From the NCBI GenBank assembly GCA_045591225.1, contig JAZNSL010000056.1:19123-83122 (forward strand): a DNA stretch of 64,000 nt. The letters run 5' to 3'. The position numbers were made by a program, and so were the translations under genes. Below the pieces are notes generated by a model. It did no database searches. It was given only the letters and a program-made list of their open reading frames with translations, and was not told where the DNA came from. How positions within the stretch are numbered: the first letter of the stretch is position 1; each line of letters opens with the position of its first letter. The stretch is from Acutalibacteraceae bacterium. GTDB lineage: Bacteria; Bacillota; Clostridia; Oscillospirales; Acutalibacteraceae. Of this stretch, positions 37,650 through 47,474 are shown piece after piece.

Positions 37650-37973
37650 AACTATCCCTCCCGTTCCAGTATACCATGGAAGAGAGAGAATGCAATGGAA
37701 ATTTGCAAGAACACGCACTCGTTACTTTGTTTAAGAAATATTAGTATTAATTGTTGTGACGGTTTCGTTATAAGTTCCGAAGAGAGGGTCATCTGCACTT
37801 TTTAAGAAAATCTATTTTACTAATTTCAATTAGCAATCAAGGAAAACCTTCCGAATTGGTGTTTTTATTGTATCAATTCGCCAGGTTTTTTCTTTTTTTC
37901 TTTTATTCTTTTAACTATGACAAAATCTGTCAGAGTTAAAGATTAAACTAAAAAGGCAGAAAGGAGGCGAAAA

Positions 37974-38321
37974 ATGGGAACTGCCGAACGAAGAACCGAA
38001 ATAATGCGTATTCTCTGTAGAAGACGTCACGAAACTGTCGCAAATTTGGCGATTGAGTTCGGCGTTTCCACGAGAACCATTCAACGCGATATAGAAGCAC
38101 TTAGTCTAACAGAGCCTATTTATACTCAGTGTGGGCGATACGATGGAGGAGTTTATGTGGACGAAGACTATGTTATGGATCGCATGTATATGAACAACGC
38201 TGAACTTGAAGTGTTACATAAATTGTCTTCTTTTGCTGAAAGAAAATCGGTTTGTAACTTGGATAAATCAGAAGTGGTTATCCTACAGCGAATGATAGCT
38301 CAGTACACAAAACCTAGATGA
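37974..38321 (+). CDS. HTH (DeoR/HTH_11-type) transcriptional regulator
   Basis: Reads TAERRTEIMRILCRRRHETVANLAIEFGVSTRTIQRDIEAL. Confidence 0.7.
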   Translation: MGTAERRTEIMRILCRRRHETVANLAIEFGVSTRTIQRDIEALSLTEPIYTQCGRYDGGVYVDEDYVMDRMYMNNAELEVLHKLSSFAERKSVCNLDKSEVVILQRMIAQYTKPR

Positions 38322-38339
38322 GAAAAGGAGTAAATAACG

Positions 38340-39407
38340 ATGAAACAAGAAGAAAAAGAATTGTTTAAAAATTTGTGCAGTTTCAAGGCGAAAGATTTTA
38401 ATGAAAACTTACTATCGTATTCAACGCCGGCCGTCTTAGGGCATTTATTTTTTAATCGAATGCAGGCGGTAGCATATGGAGTGCTATTGGAACATGGACT
38501 GTTAGGTAAAGTCAATCGTGAATTTCGCAATTCCGTAAAATCAGCTTACACAAATAACATAGAGAAAAATGATAGCTTTTTTCATTGCGTTCAATATTTG
38601 GAACAAGTGCTGTCTGCATGTGGTTGTAAATACGCTATGTTGAAAGGTGCGTATCTGTGTAAATTGTATCCTAAAGGATATCGAACATCTAACGATATTG
38701 ATTTGTTAGTACTTCCGCAGGATGTTACGATTATTGGTAACACGCTGATTCGGGCTGGATTTAAACAGGGAAACATTCGCAATGGAAAGTTTGAACAGGC
38801 AACACGCAAAGAGATCATTGAGTCTAAAATGATGCGAGGGGAAACGGTTCCCTTTATCAAGGAAGTAAATTTACCAGGATTAACCTATCTGGAAGTTGAT
38901 ATCAATTTTTCTCTTGATTACAAACCAGGAGATACAGAATTGTTGGTAGAAATGCTCGATAATGTGGTGGTGGAAGAATTGCCTGGTTATATGGTACATA
39001 CTCTGCGGCGAGATGACTTCTTTGTGCATTTGTGTTGTCATCTGTATAAAGAAGCTTCCACATTACCTTGGGTAGATATGATGCGCGACATGACGCTCTA
39101 CAAATATAGTGATATCTATATGCTTTTGAATGACGAATCGAAAGAAAACATCAACTATCTGATGTCGCGAGCCAAAGAGCTTGGTGTGGAAAAAATATGC
39201 GCTTTTGCTGTGCTTCAAACATCGGAATTGTTCAACTTTAAAAATGAATATGCGGTTAAAGTAGCAAGAGAGATTCTTGTTGATAACGTTGATTTTATCC
39301 ACACAGTCGTTTCGCCGAAAGATAAAAAAACATATCAATTCTCTAATAAAAATATAATGGATCGCTTTTTTGCTGATAGCAGAAAAGAGCTGTTGCAGGA
39401 GGTGTGA
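38340..39407 (+). CDS. nucleotidyltransferase-family protein (NTP_transf_5-like)
   Basis: LKGAYLCKLYPKGYRTSNDIDLLV is paralogous in pattern to the chromosomal 61746..62903 (LKGSVLRPYYPEAWMRTSCDTDILI). Confidence 0.55.
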   Translation: MKQEEKELFKNLCSFKAKDFNENLLSYSTPAVLGHLFFNRMQAVAYGVLLEHGLLGKVNREFRNSVKSAYTNNIEKNDSFFHCVQYLEQVLSACGCKYAMLKGAYLCKLYPKGYRTSNDIDLLVLPQDVTIIGNTLIRAGFKQGNIRNGKFEQATRKEIIESKMMRGETVPFIKEVNLPGLTYLEVDINFSLDYKPGDTELLVEMLDNVVVEELPGYMVHTLRRDDFFVHLCCHLYKEASTLPWVDMMRDMTLYKYSDIYMLLNDESKENINYLMSRAKELGVEKICAFAVLQTSELFNFKNEYAVKVAREILVDNVDFIHTVVSPKDKKTYQFSNKNIMDRFFADSRKELLQEV

Positions 39408-39411
39408 TTAA

Positions 39412-40053
39412 TTGAAAGAACTTAAGATGCGTCCAAACAATACCCCAGGATATTTGATCACATTCTGTGGATTGGATGGTTGCGGGAAAACGACTATGTT
39501 GACAAAATTGATTGAGGACTTGGAAAAACGATATCAGGTGTTTCTTACTAAACAGCCTACTAATGCTGTTCGTCAATCAGAGATTTTTCGCACATATATG
39601 GATAAGCCTGATCATGATCAATATGATTATAGAAGTTTATCTTTGCTTGCAGCTAGCGATAGACTACAACATGTTAATAAGGTGATTGAGCCGGAGATGT
39701 CGTTAGGGAAGATCGTTGTTAGTGATCGATATTTTTATTCTTGTTTGGCTAATCTGTACGCTCGAGGTTTTGTACAAGATGATTGGATCTATGAAATCGC
39801 AGAATCGATAGTTAAACCAGATGTGGCTTTTTTCTTTGATGTGCCGGTAGAAACAGCTGTAGCACGAGTCCGTAGCCGCCCGGCGGAGAAAGATCGCTAC
39901 ATTGATATGGAATTGCAGTATCGTTTGCGTGAGGCGTACCGTACTATTTGTGAGTTGAATAATGGTGTTCTTGTTTCGACAGAGATGCCTATTGAGAAAT
40001 GTTATGCCCTTGTTAAAAAGGAAGTAGAGAGGGTGATGAGAGATGCAGATTGA
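39412..40053 (+). CDS. thymidylate-kinase-like nucleotide kinase
   Basis: Has ITFCGLDGCGKTT (P-loop), TKQPT, LLAASDR and SDRYFYSCLA. A TTG start fits RBS aggaggtg; the alternative is ATG at 39427. Confidence 0.7.
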   Translation: MKELKMRPNNTPGYLITFCGLDGCGKTTMLTKLIEDLEKRYQVFLTKQPTNAVRQSEIFRTYMDKPDHDQYDYRSLSLLAASDRLQHVNKVIEPEMSLGKIVVSDRYFYSCLANLYARGFVQDDWIYEIAESIVKPDVAFFFDVPVETAVARVRSRPAEKDRYIDMELQYRLREAYRTICELNNGVLVSTEMPIEKCYALVKKEVERVMRDAD

Positions 40054-40279
40054 AGATAAAGTGAAAGAGATTGTAGCAGAACTGAGTGGTGAAACAAACG
40101 TTTCCGTTTACGCATCATTGCAAGAGGATTTGGCGTTGGATAGTTTGGCGATGGTTACGCTATTGCTTGAGGTGGAAGACGTCTTTTCTATTGAATTAGA
40201 TGAATCAGATATGAATCCTTTTGACTTAACCACAGTTCAGAGCGTTATTAATCTTGTCAACAAATACGATGGTGACTGA
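40043..40279 (+). CDS. acyl carrier protein
   Basis: 78 aa with the LALDSLAMVTLLLEVE phosphopantetheine-Ser motif. Confidence 0.8.
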   Translation: MQIEDKVKEIVAELSGETNVSVYASLQEDLALDSLAMVTLLLEVEDVFSIELDESDMNPFDLTTVQSVINLVNKYDGD

Positions 40280-40280
40280 T

Positions 40281-41300
40281 ATGAAGAAAAAGGCCGAGCT
40301 GCCTCTCGTAGATCCGTTGTTTAGCACCTATCATTCTTTGGGACCTTGCACTGCAATTGCTGCAAATAATCCAAGTATCAGAAATTGGTATCTTAATGAG
40401 ACGGCGACTTTGATGTGCAGTCGTAAATTTTTAAATGGATTTACATCTCCAGAGATTTTCATTCCGTATGCCGCCTGGTGGGATTGTCCACATTTTGAAG
40501 TTTTAGAGCTTTCCTCGCAATTTTTAAAGGGGTATACGAGCTATGTTATACGAGAGATGATTGATCAGGGCTATTATGTGTTGTTTAGCAATGTGGATGA
40601 TTATTACGTAAAAGGTAAAAGTTGGTATAAAGAGCACCATTTCAGTCACGATGGAATGATTTGTGGTTATGATCAAGAAAAGAAATCATACTGCATATAC
40701 GCTTATGATAGTCGGTGGATCTATCAAAAGTTTTGGACGTCGCAGAAGTCTTTTAACGCTGGCTGCAGAGCGATGATTCGGCAAGGCGTTTTCCCGATAT
40801 TCTACGCATTAAAAGTAAATGATGAAAAAATTGAGTTGATGCCACATGTTATGTGCAATAACCTAAAGAAATACCTTGATTCAAATCTGGAAAAGTATCC
40901 GTTCGGAGGTGATGGGGATGTTTTCGGTATCGTTGTTCATCTTTATATTGCTGAATATGTTGACAAACTTTATAAAGGTGAGATCCCATACGAACGTATG
41001 GATAGACGCGTTTTCCGTGCGATTTGGGAGCATAAAAAGGTTATGTTGGAACGGATAAAAGCTATTGAAAAAACTCTTTGTTTAGGCCGTCAAATTAGTA
41101 GCAAATACGCCGATCTTGTTTCTGAATCGGATACGATGAGGATGCTGTATGCTTCTCATAACAAAAAAAGACGAGATTCTGTTTTGCTTCTAATTAAGAA
41201 GAAGTTACTTCAAATTATGGAAGACGAGCGAGATTTGTTAAATGAATTGATTGTGGAAATGGAAAGGAGCTTTGCAAATGGAATTGTGGGGATATCTTAG
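40281..41300 (+). CDS. BtrH-like / papain-fold putative carrier-protein-dependent acyltransferase
   Basis: Has an N-terminal Cys (LGPCTAIAAN) and HFSHDGMICGYDQEKKSYCIYAYD, resembling the BtrH_N/peptidase C39-like pattern. Recognition is by eye only. Confidence 0.4.
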   Translation: MKKKAELPLVDPLFSTYHSLGPCTAIAANNPSIRNWYLNETATLMCSRKFLNGFTSPEIFIPYAAWWDCPHFEVLELSSQFLKGYTSYVIREMIDQGYYVLFSNVDDYYVKGKSWYKEHHFSHDGMICGYDQEKKSYCIYAYDSRWIYQKFWTSQKSFNAGCRAMIRQGVFPIFYALKVNDEKIELMPHVMCNNLKKYLDSNLEKYPFGGDGDVFGIVVHLYIAEYVDKLYKGEIPYERMDRRVFRAIWEHKKVMLERIKAIEKTLCLGRQISSKYADLVSESDTMRMLYASHNKKRRDSVLLLIKKKLLQIMEDERDLLNELIVEMERSFANGIVGIS

Positions 41301-42654
41301 AAACCAGATGGATAAGCACAAAGAACAGGTGATCTGTGAAGAAGAGAATGTCATAACTTTTGAGAAGGCAAAAGAATTAGTGGAAGAGTTTGCCAAAAAA
41401 CTGGTAGGAATAAAATGCTGTGCAATTTTATGTGATTCGGAAATGGCTGCTGGTTTAGCTCTCTTAAGTTGTTTTGCTGCTGGAGTAACAGCGTTACCTC
41501 TATCTAAAAGATATGGAACTATGCATTGTCAAAAAATTATAGATGCTATCGATCCGGATGCTGTGATAACAGATACAGACAACGAATTAAACGTACATTC
41601 TAGAGAGAATGCTTCCTTTAAATTGCCTGAAAAGCATCCTGCTTTAATAATGTGTACTTCGGGAACCACCGGTACTCCCAAAGGGGCGATGCTGACAGAA
41701 GAGAATGTTCTGACTAATGTAGCGGATATCGCAAGATATTTTCAAATGGATGTGTCGGACACTATACTCATTGCACGTCCGCTATACCACTGTGCTGTCC
41801 TAACCGGTGAGTTTTTAACAGCGCTTGTGAAGGGCGTTAGGATTCGATTTTACTCAGGTTCTTTTAATCCGTCCCAAGTCCTGGCGCTAGTAAAGAAGCA
41901 TAGCATTACCACTTTTTGTGGAACCCCCACATTGTTGAGTATGATGTCACGGTTGAAGCGCGATTCACAAGACAATTTAAAGCACATTTGCATTAGCGGA
42001 GAATGTATGAGCTTTGAAACAGGAACAGCTATTGCCGATGCATTTCCACAGACAGATATTTATCATATCTATGGGCTTACAGAAGCGTGCCCCCGCGTTT
42101 CATACTTGCCGCCGTATTTGTTTCGAAAATATGCGGATTGCGTTGGTGTGCCCTTGAACAATGTGTCGTTGAAAGTGATCACTGACCGCGGAACGTTGGC
42201 ACAACCTAATGAAATCGGTATCCTTTGGGTGAAGGGGGGCAATGTAATGGCCGGATATTACAATAACCCTGAAAAAACATCGGAGGTCTTGAAAGATGGA
42301 TGGTTGTGCACGGGGGATCGAGCGCTCATTAATGAGGTGGGACTTTTGAAGATTAAAGGCAGAAATGACGATTTGATCATAAAGGCCGGCATGAATATAT
42401 ATCCCCAAGAGATTGAAGGTGTTCTGAAAACAGATCCGCGTGTAAGGGAATTGTTTGTGTGTGGTAAGCACGATGACAAATTAGGTGTGCAGATTATTTT
42501 AAATGTTGTGGGCGATTTTTCTGACACCAGTGAGGTAAAAGAATTATGTCGTAACCTTTTACCCTCCTATCAAATTCCAAACAAAATCTATCTGGTGGAT
42601 GAATTGCCTAAAAATGGATCCGGTAAAATTGTTAGGAGGGCTCCGTGTGTTTGA
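41278..42654 (+). CDS. AMP-dependent adenylate-forming enzyme
   Basis: Has IMCTSGTTGTPKGAM, YGLTEA, GDRALINEVGLLKIKGRNDD and LPKNGSGKI. RBS aaaggag precedes ATG 41278. Confidence 0.8.
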   Translation: MELWGYLRNQMDKHKEQVICEEENVITFEKAKELVEEFAKKLVGIKCCAILCDSEMAAGLALLSCFAAGVTALPLSKRYGTMHCQKIIDAIDPDAVITDTDNELNVHSRENASFKLPEKHPALIMCTSGTTGTPKGAMLTEENVLTNVADIARYFQMDVSDTILIARPLYHCAVLTGEFLTALVKGVRIRFYSGSFNPSQVLALVKKHSITTFCGTPTLLSMMSRLKRDSQDNLKHICISGECMSFETGTAIADAFPQTDIYHIYGLTEACPRVSYLPPYLFRKYADCVGVPLNNVSLKVITDRGTLAQPNEIGILWVKGGNVMAGYYNNPEKTSEVLKDGWLCTGDRALINEVGLLKIKGRNDDLIIKAGMNIYPQEIEGVLKTDPRVRELFVCGKHDDKLGVQIILNVVGDFSDTSEVKELCRNLLPSYQIPNKIYLVDELPKNGSGKIVRRAPCV

Positions 42655-43222
42655 ATACGAAAAGAAGATTATGCTGACAGAAGGAGAATATAACGCGATA
42701 TTAACTGTTTTCGGAAGTGGTGTCGACACAATCTTTCAAACCAATTACTACTTCGATACAGAAGATCTTTCAATGGATGCACATGATGTAACATGTAGAA
42801 TTCGAGGAAAAGATGGCAAATATAAAACTACTATCAAGCATCATAACTCCGGAGAGGTAGAGCGAAGTGTCGAAGAATATATATGTGAAAGTTTTACTTT
42901 TGATCCGTCACCCTTTAAGGTCCTCGGGCTGCAGTATCAAGGGGAATTGTCCACGGAAAGGAAAATGCTGTGTCGCTGTAAGCAGTATCAAGTAATGCTG
43001 GACAAAAATACATTTTTAGGCTGTGTGGATTATGAGCTGGAGGTTGAATATCTTCCCGGATATAGTCGAAAAGCGTTGAATTATATTTGTAACATTGGGA
43101 TGACTTTAGCAGAAACCGGTCTCTTAAACCATGCTGATGATTTGATGAAACGTATTGGGCAAGGACAAACGAAATCTAAGCGCTTTTTTGAAAAATTAAA
43201 AAACACTAAGAAAAAAGTTTAA
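42647..43222 (+). CDS. CYTH-domain (triphosphate tunnel metalloenzyme) protein
   Basis: A GTG start lies 6 nt after RBS aggaggg. The N-terminal FEYEKKIML fits the ExExK signature of CYTH. Confidence 0.55.
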   Translation: MFEYEKKIMLTEGEYNAILTVFGSGVDTIFQTNYYFDTEDLSMDAHDVTCRIRGKDGKYKTTIKHHNSGEVERSVEEYICESFTFDPSPFKVLGLQYQGELSTERKMLCRCKQYQVMLDKNTFLGCVDYELEVEYLPGYSRKALNYICNIGMTLAETGLLNHADDLMKRIGQGQTKSKRFFEKLKNTKKKV

Positions 43223-43249
43223 CTATGACAAAGATTGTCACAGTTGAAT

Positions 43250-43292
43250 TTTATAATAAACTTGCAGCTGTGAAAAGGAACTGACGAGTTCC
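43250..43292 (+). promoter_or_regulatory. conserved leader element, copy 1
   Basis: ataataaacttGCAGCTGTgaaaagGAACTGACGAGTTC matches the copy at 45222-45264 at 32/39 positions and contains the hairpin ggaact-gacg-agttcc. Confidence 0.55.
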
Positions 43293-43324
43293 AAAGATTA
43301 GCTTAACTGAAAGGAGGTGAAAGA

Positions 43325-43795
43325 ATGGATAACATGACTTATTATGCATACAATCGCTCTACCTGTATTCCCAGTATGAGCGCATCTGAGTACCTGGAGA
43401 ATATCGAGAATACTGATCTGATCCCGAGAAACGGTTATACGACTTATTGCAATATTTGGGCGCAAAATGTTATGAAGAAATGTAATGTACCTTTCCCTGC
43501 CAAGGGGTGCACTAAGACGCTGGAACTGCTGACTGATGGTTATGATAATTGGGTTCATTTGGATAATGATGAATTCAAGAATGCGCAGGCGAAAGCCAAT
43601 GCAGGCTTTGCTACAATCGCTATTACTTCTGATCATGTTGTGGTAGTTACTCCTAATGACGGTAGTGTTCCCTCTGTTATTGGTGAGGTGTTTGTATCTC
43701 AGTCTGGTTGGGATTGTTTCTATGGCGAAAAACTTTCGTATGCATGGAAGCCTGAGGATCGAGGGGAAATTCAGTTCTTCTATTATTGTGGCTAA
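43325..43795 (+). CDS. papain-like (NlpC/P60-CHAP superfamily) putative cell-wall amidase
   Basis: 156 aa. The candidate catalytic Cys is in TTYCNIWAQNVM and the His in TSDHVVVVTPNDG. Confidence 0.4.
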   Translation: MDNMTYYAYNRSTCIPSMSASEYLENIENTDLIPRNGYTTYCNIWAQNVMKKCNVPFPAKGCTKTLELLTDGYDNWVHLDNDEFKNAQAKANAGFATIAITSDHVVVVTPNDGSVPSVIGEVFVSQSGWDCFYGEKLSYAWKPEDRGEIQFFYYCG

Positions 43796-43833
43796 AGCAG
43801 TATAGCCCGCAATCGTTTCTTAATGAAACAAAG

Positions 43834-43869
43834 AACACCGCACTTCTTAACAAGAAGTGCGGTGTTTTA
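43834..43869 (+). terminator. rho-independent terminator
   Basis: aacaccgcacttctt-aac-aagaagtgcggtgtt plus T's. Confidence 0.75.
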
Positions 43870-44175
43870 CTTGTTACCTTTAAGCGTGAAAATAACCCTC
43901 AGTTCTATCAAGGAAAGAAAAACAGAGCAAGATCTTAGCCTCATATCAGGGGAGGGGGTGCAGGCAAAAAGACGGAGGGGTAATTATCTATTCGACAGCC
44001 CTCGCATTCTCTTGGATAACGCATTTGTCCAAGAAAACTGAACAAGATAGTGTACTTTCAACCTGTTTACGGGTGGCAGTGTGATTGATGAGATGTGAAG
44101 TTCAGAGGCTCTTTCACATGCTGAGTCAGACTATCCCTCTTTAGGGGTTAGTCAAACCATTAGTTATATCGGTAG

Positions 44176-45114
44176 TTATGACTTTGCAATTTTATAGAAA
44201 GTTAACTGTTCCTTCTGCATACAAACGATATACTCATTGCAAATTAAAGGAGTGTTATTGTCAATGGGAACATCGATCTCAATTTGCGGTTCGACAACCA
44301 TCGTTCCATTGGCGTCAATTAAACCCATTTTAGTTCCTATCGTAACCACGGCCACCTCATCGGAGAAAGAACTGATGGAGCTAAAGGCGGTCTGGTTCAA
44401 CACGGTGCCTTGCATATCCAACAGCCGATAAGAACCGTCTTGATACTTGCACACAATGTGAGTATCCATAGCATAAGCGTCTGTTGCTTCGTCGGGCAAC
44501 GTCACTATTACTTCGCCGCGAGGAGAAATCATGACCTGTGGATGTTCGCTTTCCGCTAAGACGGCGTAGTTCATCGGGCTGGATAGGTCACTAATCCATT
44601 CGAAGATGGGCTGAGTAATCAGGTTGCCGGTGGCGACGTCTTTGATGCCAAACAGGTACTCGTCATCTTTTTTTACACCAGTTGTCTCGGAGGAATCGTA
44701 CAGTGCAGTGGCATTACTCGCAGTAGGAGCCTCTGCTTTTCCAACCACTACGCCCGTGGTGTCGATCCACACCCAGTCGCTGTCTGGTTCTAGCTGAGCT
44801 TTAGCTCGACCATCTTCTCCAAAACTATACAGCATATGATAATTGTTTTTGCCAATTTGTTTACCTTCGGTATCAATCAGTATGAATCCATTGGGAGTAG
44901 CAGTGGTTACAATATTGTAATCAAAACTGTAGAGTGCTATAGGTGCATAGGCGGTTTCAAGGTGAGTATGAATGGTAATAGAATTGCCGTTTTGAGTAGT
45001 GGTAGTGGTCGTTTGATTGTCGCCACTATCATTTGGCGCTTTTGGGTTAGCGCTACAGGCTGTCATACACATTAGCAGTGCAAGCGTCATAATTAGTGTT
45101 AAGTATTTTTTCAT
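44176..45114 (-). CDS. WG-repeat lipoprotein
   Basis: Signal plus lipobox is MKKYLTLIMTLALLMCMTACS. It has repeated G.ID..G..V units. Confidence 0.6.
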   Translation of the reverse strand: MKKYLTLIMTLALLMCMTACSANPKAPNDSGDNQTTTTTTQNGNSITIHTHLETAYAPIALYSFDYNIVTTATPNGFILIDTEGKQIGKNNYHMLYSFGEDGRAKAQLEPDSDWVWIDTTGVVVGKAEAPTASNATALYDSSETTGVKKDDEYLFGIKDVATGNLITQPIFEWISDLSSPMNYAVLAESEHPQVMISPRGEVIVTLPDEATDAYAMDTHIVCKYQDGSYRLLDMQGTVLNQTAFSSISSFSDEVAVVTIGTKMGLIDANGTMVVEPQIEIDVPIDNNTPLICNEYIVCMQKEQLTFYKIAKS

Positions 45115-45221
45115 ATTAAAACCTCCTTAAAAATTATATGTAAATTATAACATGCATGAGGGTGATATGCAATAGTTAAATTACAATGTTTCTAACAATG
45201 ACATAAACCGTCGGATTTAGT

Positions 45222-45264
45222 GCTTACAATAAATCCGCAGCTGTTAAATTGAACTGACGAGTTC
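45222..45264 (+). promoter_or_regulatory. conserved leader element, copy 2
   Basis: acaataaatccGCAGCTGTtaaattGAACTGACGAGTTC lies 22 nt upstream of the ATG at 45286. Confidence 0.55.
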
Positions 45265-45285
45265 TGGTGAAGAAAGGAGATTATT

Positions 45286-45960
45286 ATGAAAACAATTATG
45301 GGTATTCATTCCCTAGAGAATTTAAACCACAAATTGAAAAATGGATACACGATGCATGACTGGGTCAAAAGGCAAAGAGGTTATCCTCATTTTTGCTTGC
45401 GAGCACTCACCGGCGAAGACGAGCTGACAGAGACAGAAGTGGCTTTCTTGCATGACAGAAAATGCAAAATTGGTTTGCTATTGTGTGATTTAACCGAGGT
45501 ACAAGTTTCTAGCAGACGAGACAAGGGCGTTGCAGAAAAAGCGGTACAAGCAGCAAAGAAATTGGGGGTACCACAAAATGCAGGGATTGCTATTTTCGCC
45601 GAAATTAAACCGGAGTGGAGTGTCAATCATAACTGGATGTTATCGTTTGCCAATCATTTGATTGCGAATGGCTATATTCCCGGATTTATCGGCAACACAG
45701 ATTCGTCCAAAAACTTTGTTTTCGATCGCGAAACCAGCCATTATGTAGAGGCGACGATGGACACCAACGGATATAGTGCAGTATATGGGGCAACGGAACC
45801 TAAATGCGACGGCTTTCCGTTGGAATGGGCACCTTTTTGTCCCTCGGCACTCAATCCGGATGAGATGAGTTTGTGGGTATGTGGAACCACTACGTTCGAC
45901 GCGGAACAGGTAGAAATCGCATATGCACGAGACGAACAGGTGCTAGAAAGATTTTGGTGA
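45286..45960 (+). CDS. DUF1906-like (glycoside-hydrolase-like) protein, paralogue 1
   Basis: 224 aa. Colinear similarity to 47704..48513, for example LTETEVAFLHDRKCKIGLL vs LTKSEIEFIHSKGCKIAAL, and GYIPGFIGNTDS vs GFTPGFKVNTDA. Confidence 0.5.
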   Translation: MKTIMGIHSLENLNHKLKNGYTMHDWVKRQRGYPHFCLRALTGEDELTETEVAFLHDRKCKIGLLLCDLTEVQVSSRRDKGVAEKAVQAAKKLGVPQNAGIAIFAEIKPEWSVNHNWMLSFANHLIANGYIPGFIGNTDSSKNFVFDRETSHYVEATMDTNGYSAVYGATEPKCDGFPLEWAPFCPSALNPDEMSLWVCGTTTFDAEQVEIAYARDEQVLERFW

Positions 45961-45977
45961 GGAAGGAGAAAAGAATA

Positions 45978-46325
45978 ATGGATAAGAAGCAGTATAACAA
46001 TATCATTGATTGGACTTTAAATAACGAAACCCAGGCAAAGTCGGAGGATTCTCTTACGGTGGCCCGTGTTGTGTGCGCCAATTTGGGTGTTGTCCTACCG
46101 CAAGGGAATCTGTCAGAGGTGGCTGAAATTCTCGCCACCGATGACTATATGGGTTGGCACCCTTGTACTAAAGAAGAAGCACAAGCGGCGGCGAATGTTG
46201 GCACGCCTGTCATTGGCGTGGATAAAGAACAAATCGTTGTACTCGCTGCCGTCGATGAGGAGCAACCGGTAACAAGTCATCCTAATGTAATTACTATGAC
46301 AAACGATACTGTTAATGAGGAGTAG
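45978..46325 (+). CDS. small hypothetical protein
   Basis: Start MDKKQYNNIIDW has RBS ggaaggag. It lies 17 nt after the DUF1906-like gene. Confidence 0.45.
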   Translation: MDKKQYNNIIDWTLNNETQAKSEDSLTVARVVCANLGVVLPQGNLSEVAEILATDDYMGWHPCTKEEAQAAANVGTPVIGVDKEQIVVLAAVDEEQPVTSHPNVITMTNDTVNEE

Positions 46326-46577
46326 GCATTGGTCCGATGTTCAGTCATAGGTGCAAAAACCATAAAAGATATTCAGACAGACCCTGGGGGTGACCATGTT
46401 TTTTTAAGTGTTTTTATGCCTTTCACATTCATACAATAATTGTTCTATCAAACAGTTAGTATCATTTTAATTGTGGAATATTTGTTTGGAACTGTTGTGC
46501 CAATCATTAACAAACTTGAAATCGCACAGTAATGAATGATGAATTACTAGATAAATATAAACGAAAGGAGAAGATGA

Positions 46578-47474
46578 ATGGACGAAGGTTATAATCATTG
46601 CCGATCTACAAGTTCTCATATTGAATGGAACGAATTGATTTATAGCAAATTAGATATTCTTCATACATTGGCACGACAATATGATCATACTCGCGAGATT
46701 TTTTTGCTTTTTCAATTTTTGTATCAAGTAATGCTAGTTCGAGAATGTAATTACGAAAGCGCTCCTGAGGATGACATCCAAGAGTTTATAGATTTCGTTA
46801 AGGAAAGTGATCATACTGTCTTTGACTTTTTTGATAACAAAGTAATAACCGTATATGATTATGACGGCAGTCCTGTTGATTTTACGCATCTATGTGTGAT
46901 GATATACAATATCATTACAGAAAGCGGGAAGCTTTCTGGATCACAATTTGTTGAACATACATATGTTCGAAATTTAGCGTGTTGCACCCGCGATTTACAA
47001 AAGTTAGTTGTCGATGCGTATCTTTTGACAAACGCCTCTAATGACTATACGTACTTTTACAATTCGTTGTATTCTATTATTGGAAATGAACGCTATTCTA
47101 TGGGTATGAAAAAATTACTGGCTGATATTGATGCTTATAATTTCGTTGACAATTTGGTGTCTCCTGATGGTCAGCCGTATTTGTTTGGTTCAGCATGTCG
47201 ATACTATTACAACAATTTGGACAATGGTGGGAAGAGTAAATCATGCCTACGGTTTAGCCAATTCATTGGTAAGGATATGTATGAGCAGTTTGCTGATACT
47301 GTGAGATCTTGTGCAAGAAAATATTGGCTATCTTCCGCAGAAGTATTCACTCGTTCGAACGGAAAAAATGATCACAAAGAGTCACTTCAATTAACGAAGA
47401 ACCAATGTGATGCAGCATGTAATGCTTTTGTTGAGTATATATGGCGAAAATATCAAAAAGAGAGGACTGAGTAA
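46578..47474 (+). CDS. hypothetical protein
   Basis: 298-aa ORF with RBS gaaaggag. No motif recognised. Confidence 0.45.
   Translation: MDEGYNHCRSTSSHIEWNELIYSKLDILHTLARQYDHTREIFLLFQFLYQVMLVRECNYESAPEDDIQEFIDFVKESDHTVFDFFDNKVITVYDYDGSPVDFTHLCVMIYNIITESGKLSGSQFVEHTYVRNLACCTRDLQKLVVDAYLLTNASNDYTYFYNSLYSIIGNERYSMGMKKLLADIDAYNFVDNLVSPDGQPYLFGSACRYYYNNLDNGGKSKSCLRFSQFIGKDMYEQFADTVRSCARKYWLSSAEVFTRSNGKNDHKESLQLTKNQCDAACNAFVEYIWRKYQKERTE

Noticed and set aside
45222-45231. Third copy of the recombination-site arm CTTACAATAA
   Set aside because: Only one 10-nt arm is present, with no spacer or second arm. It lies within the unrelated conserved leader element, so it is probably chance in AT-rich DNA.
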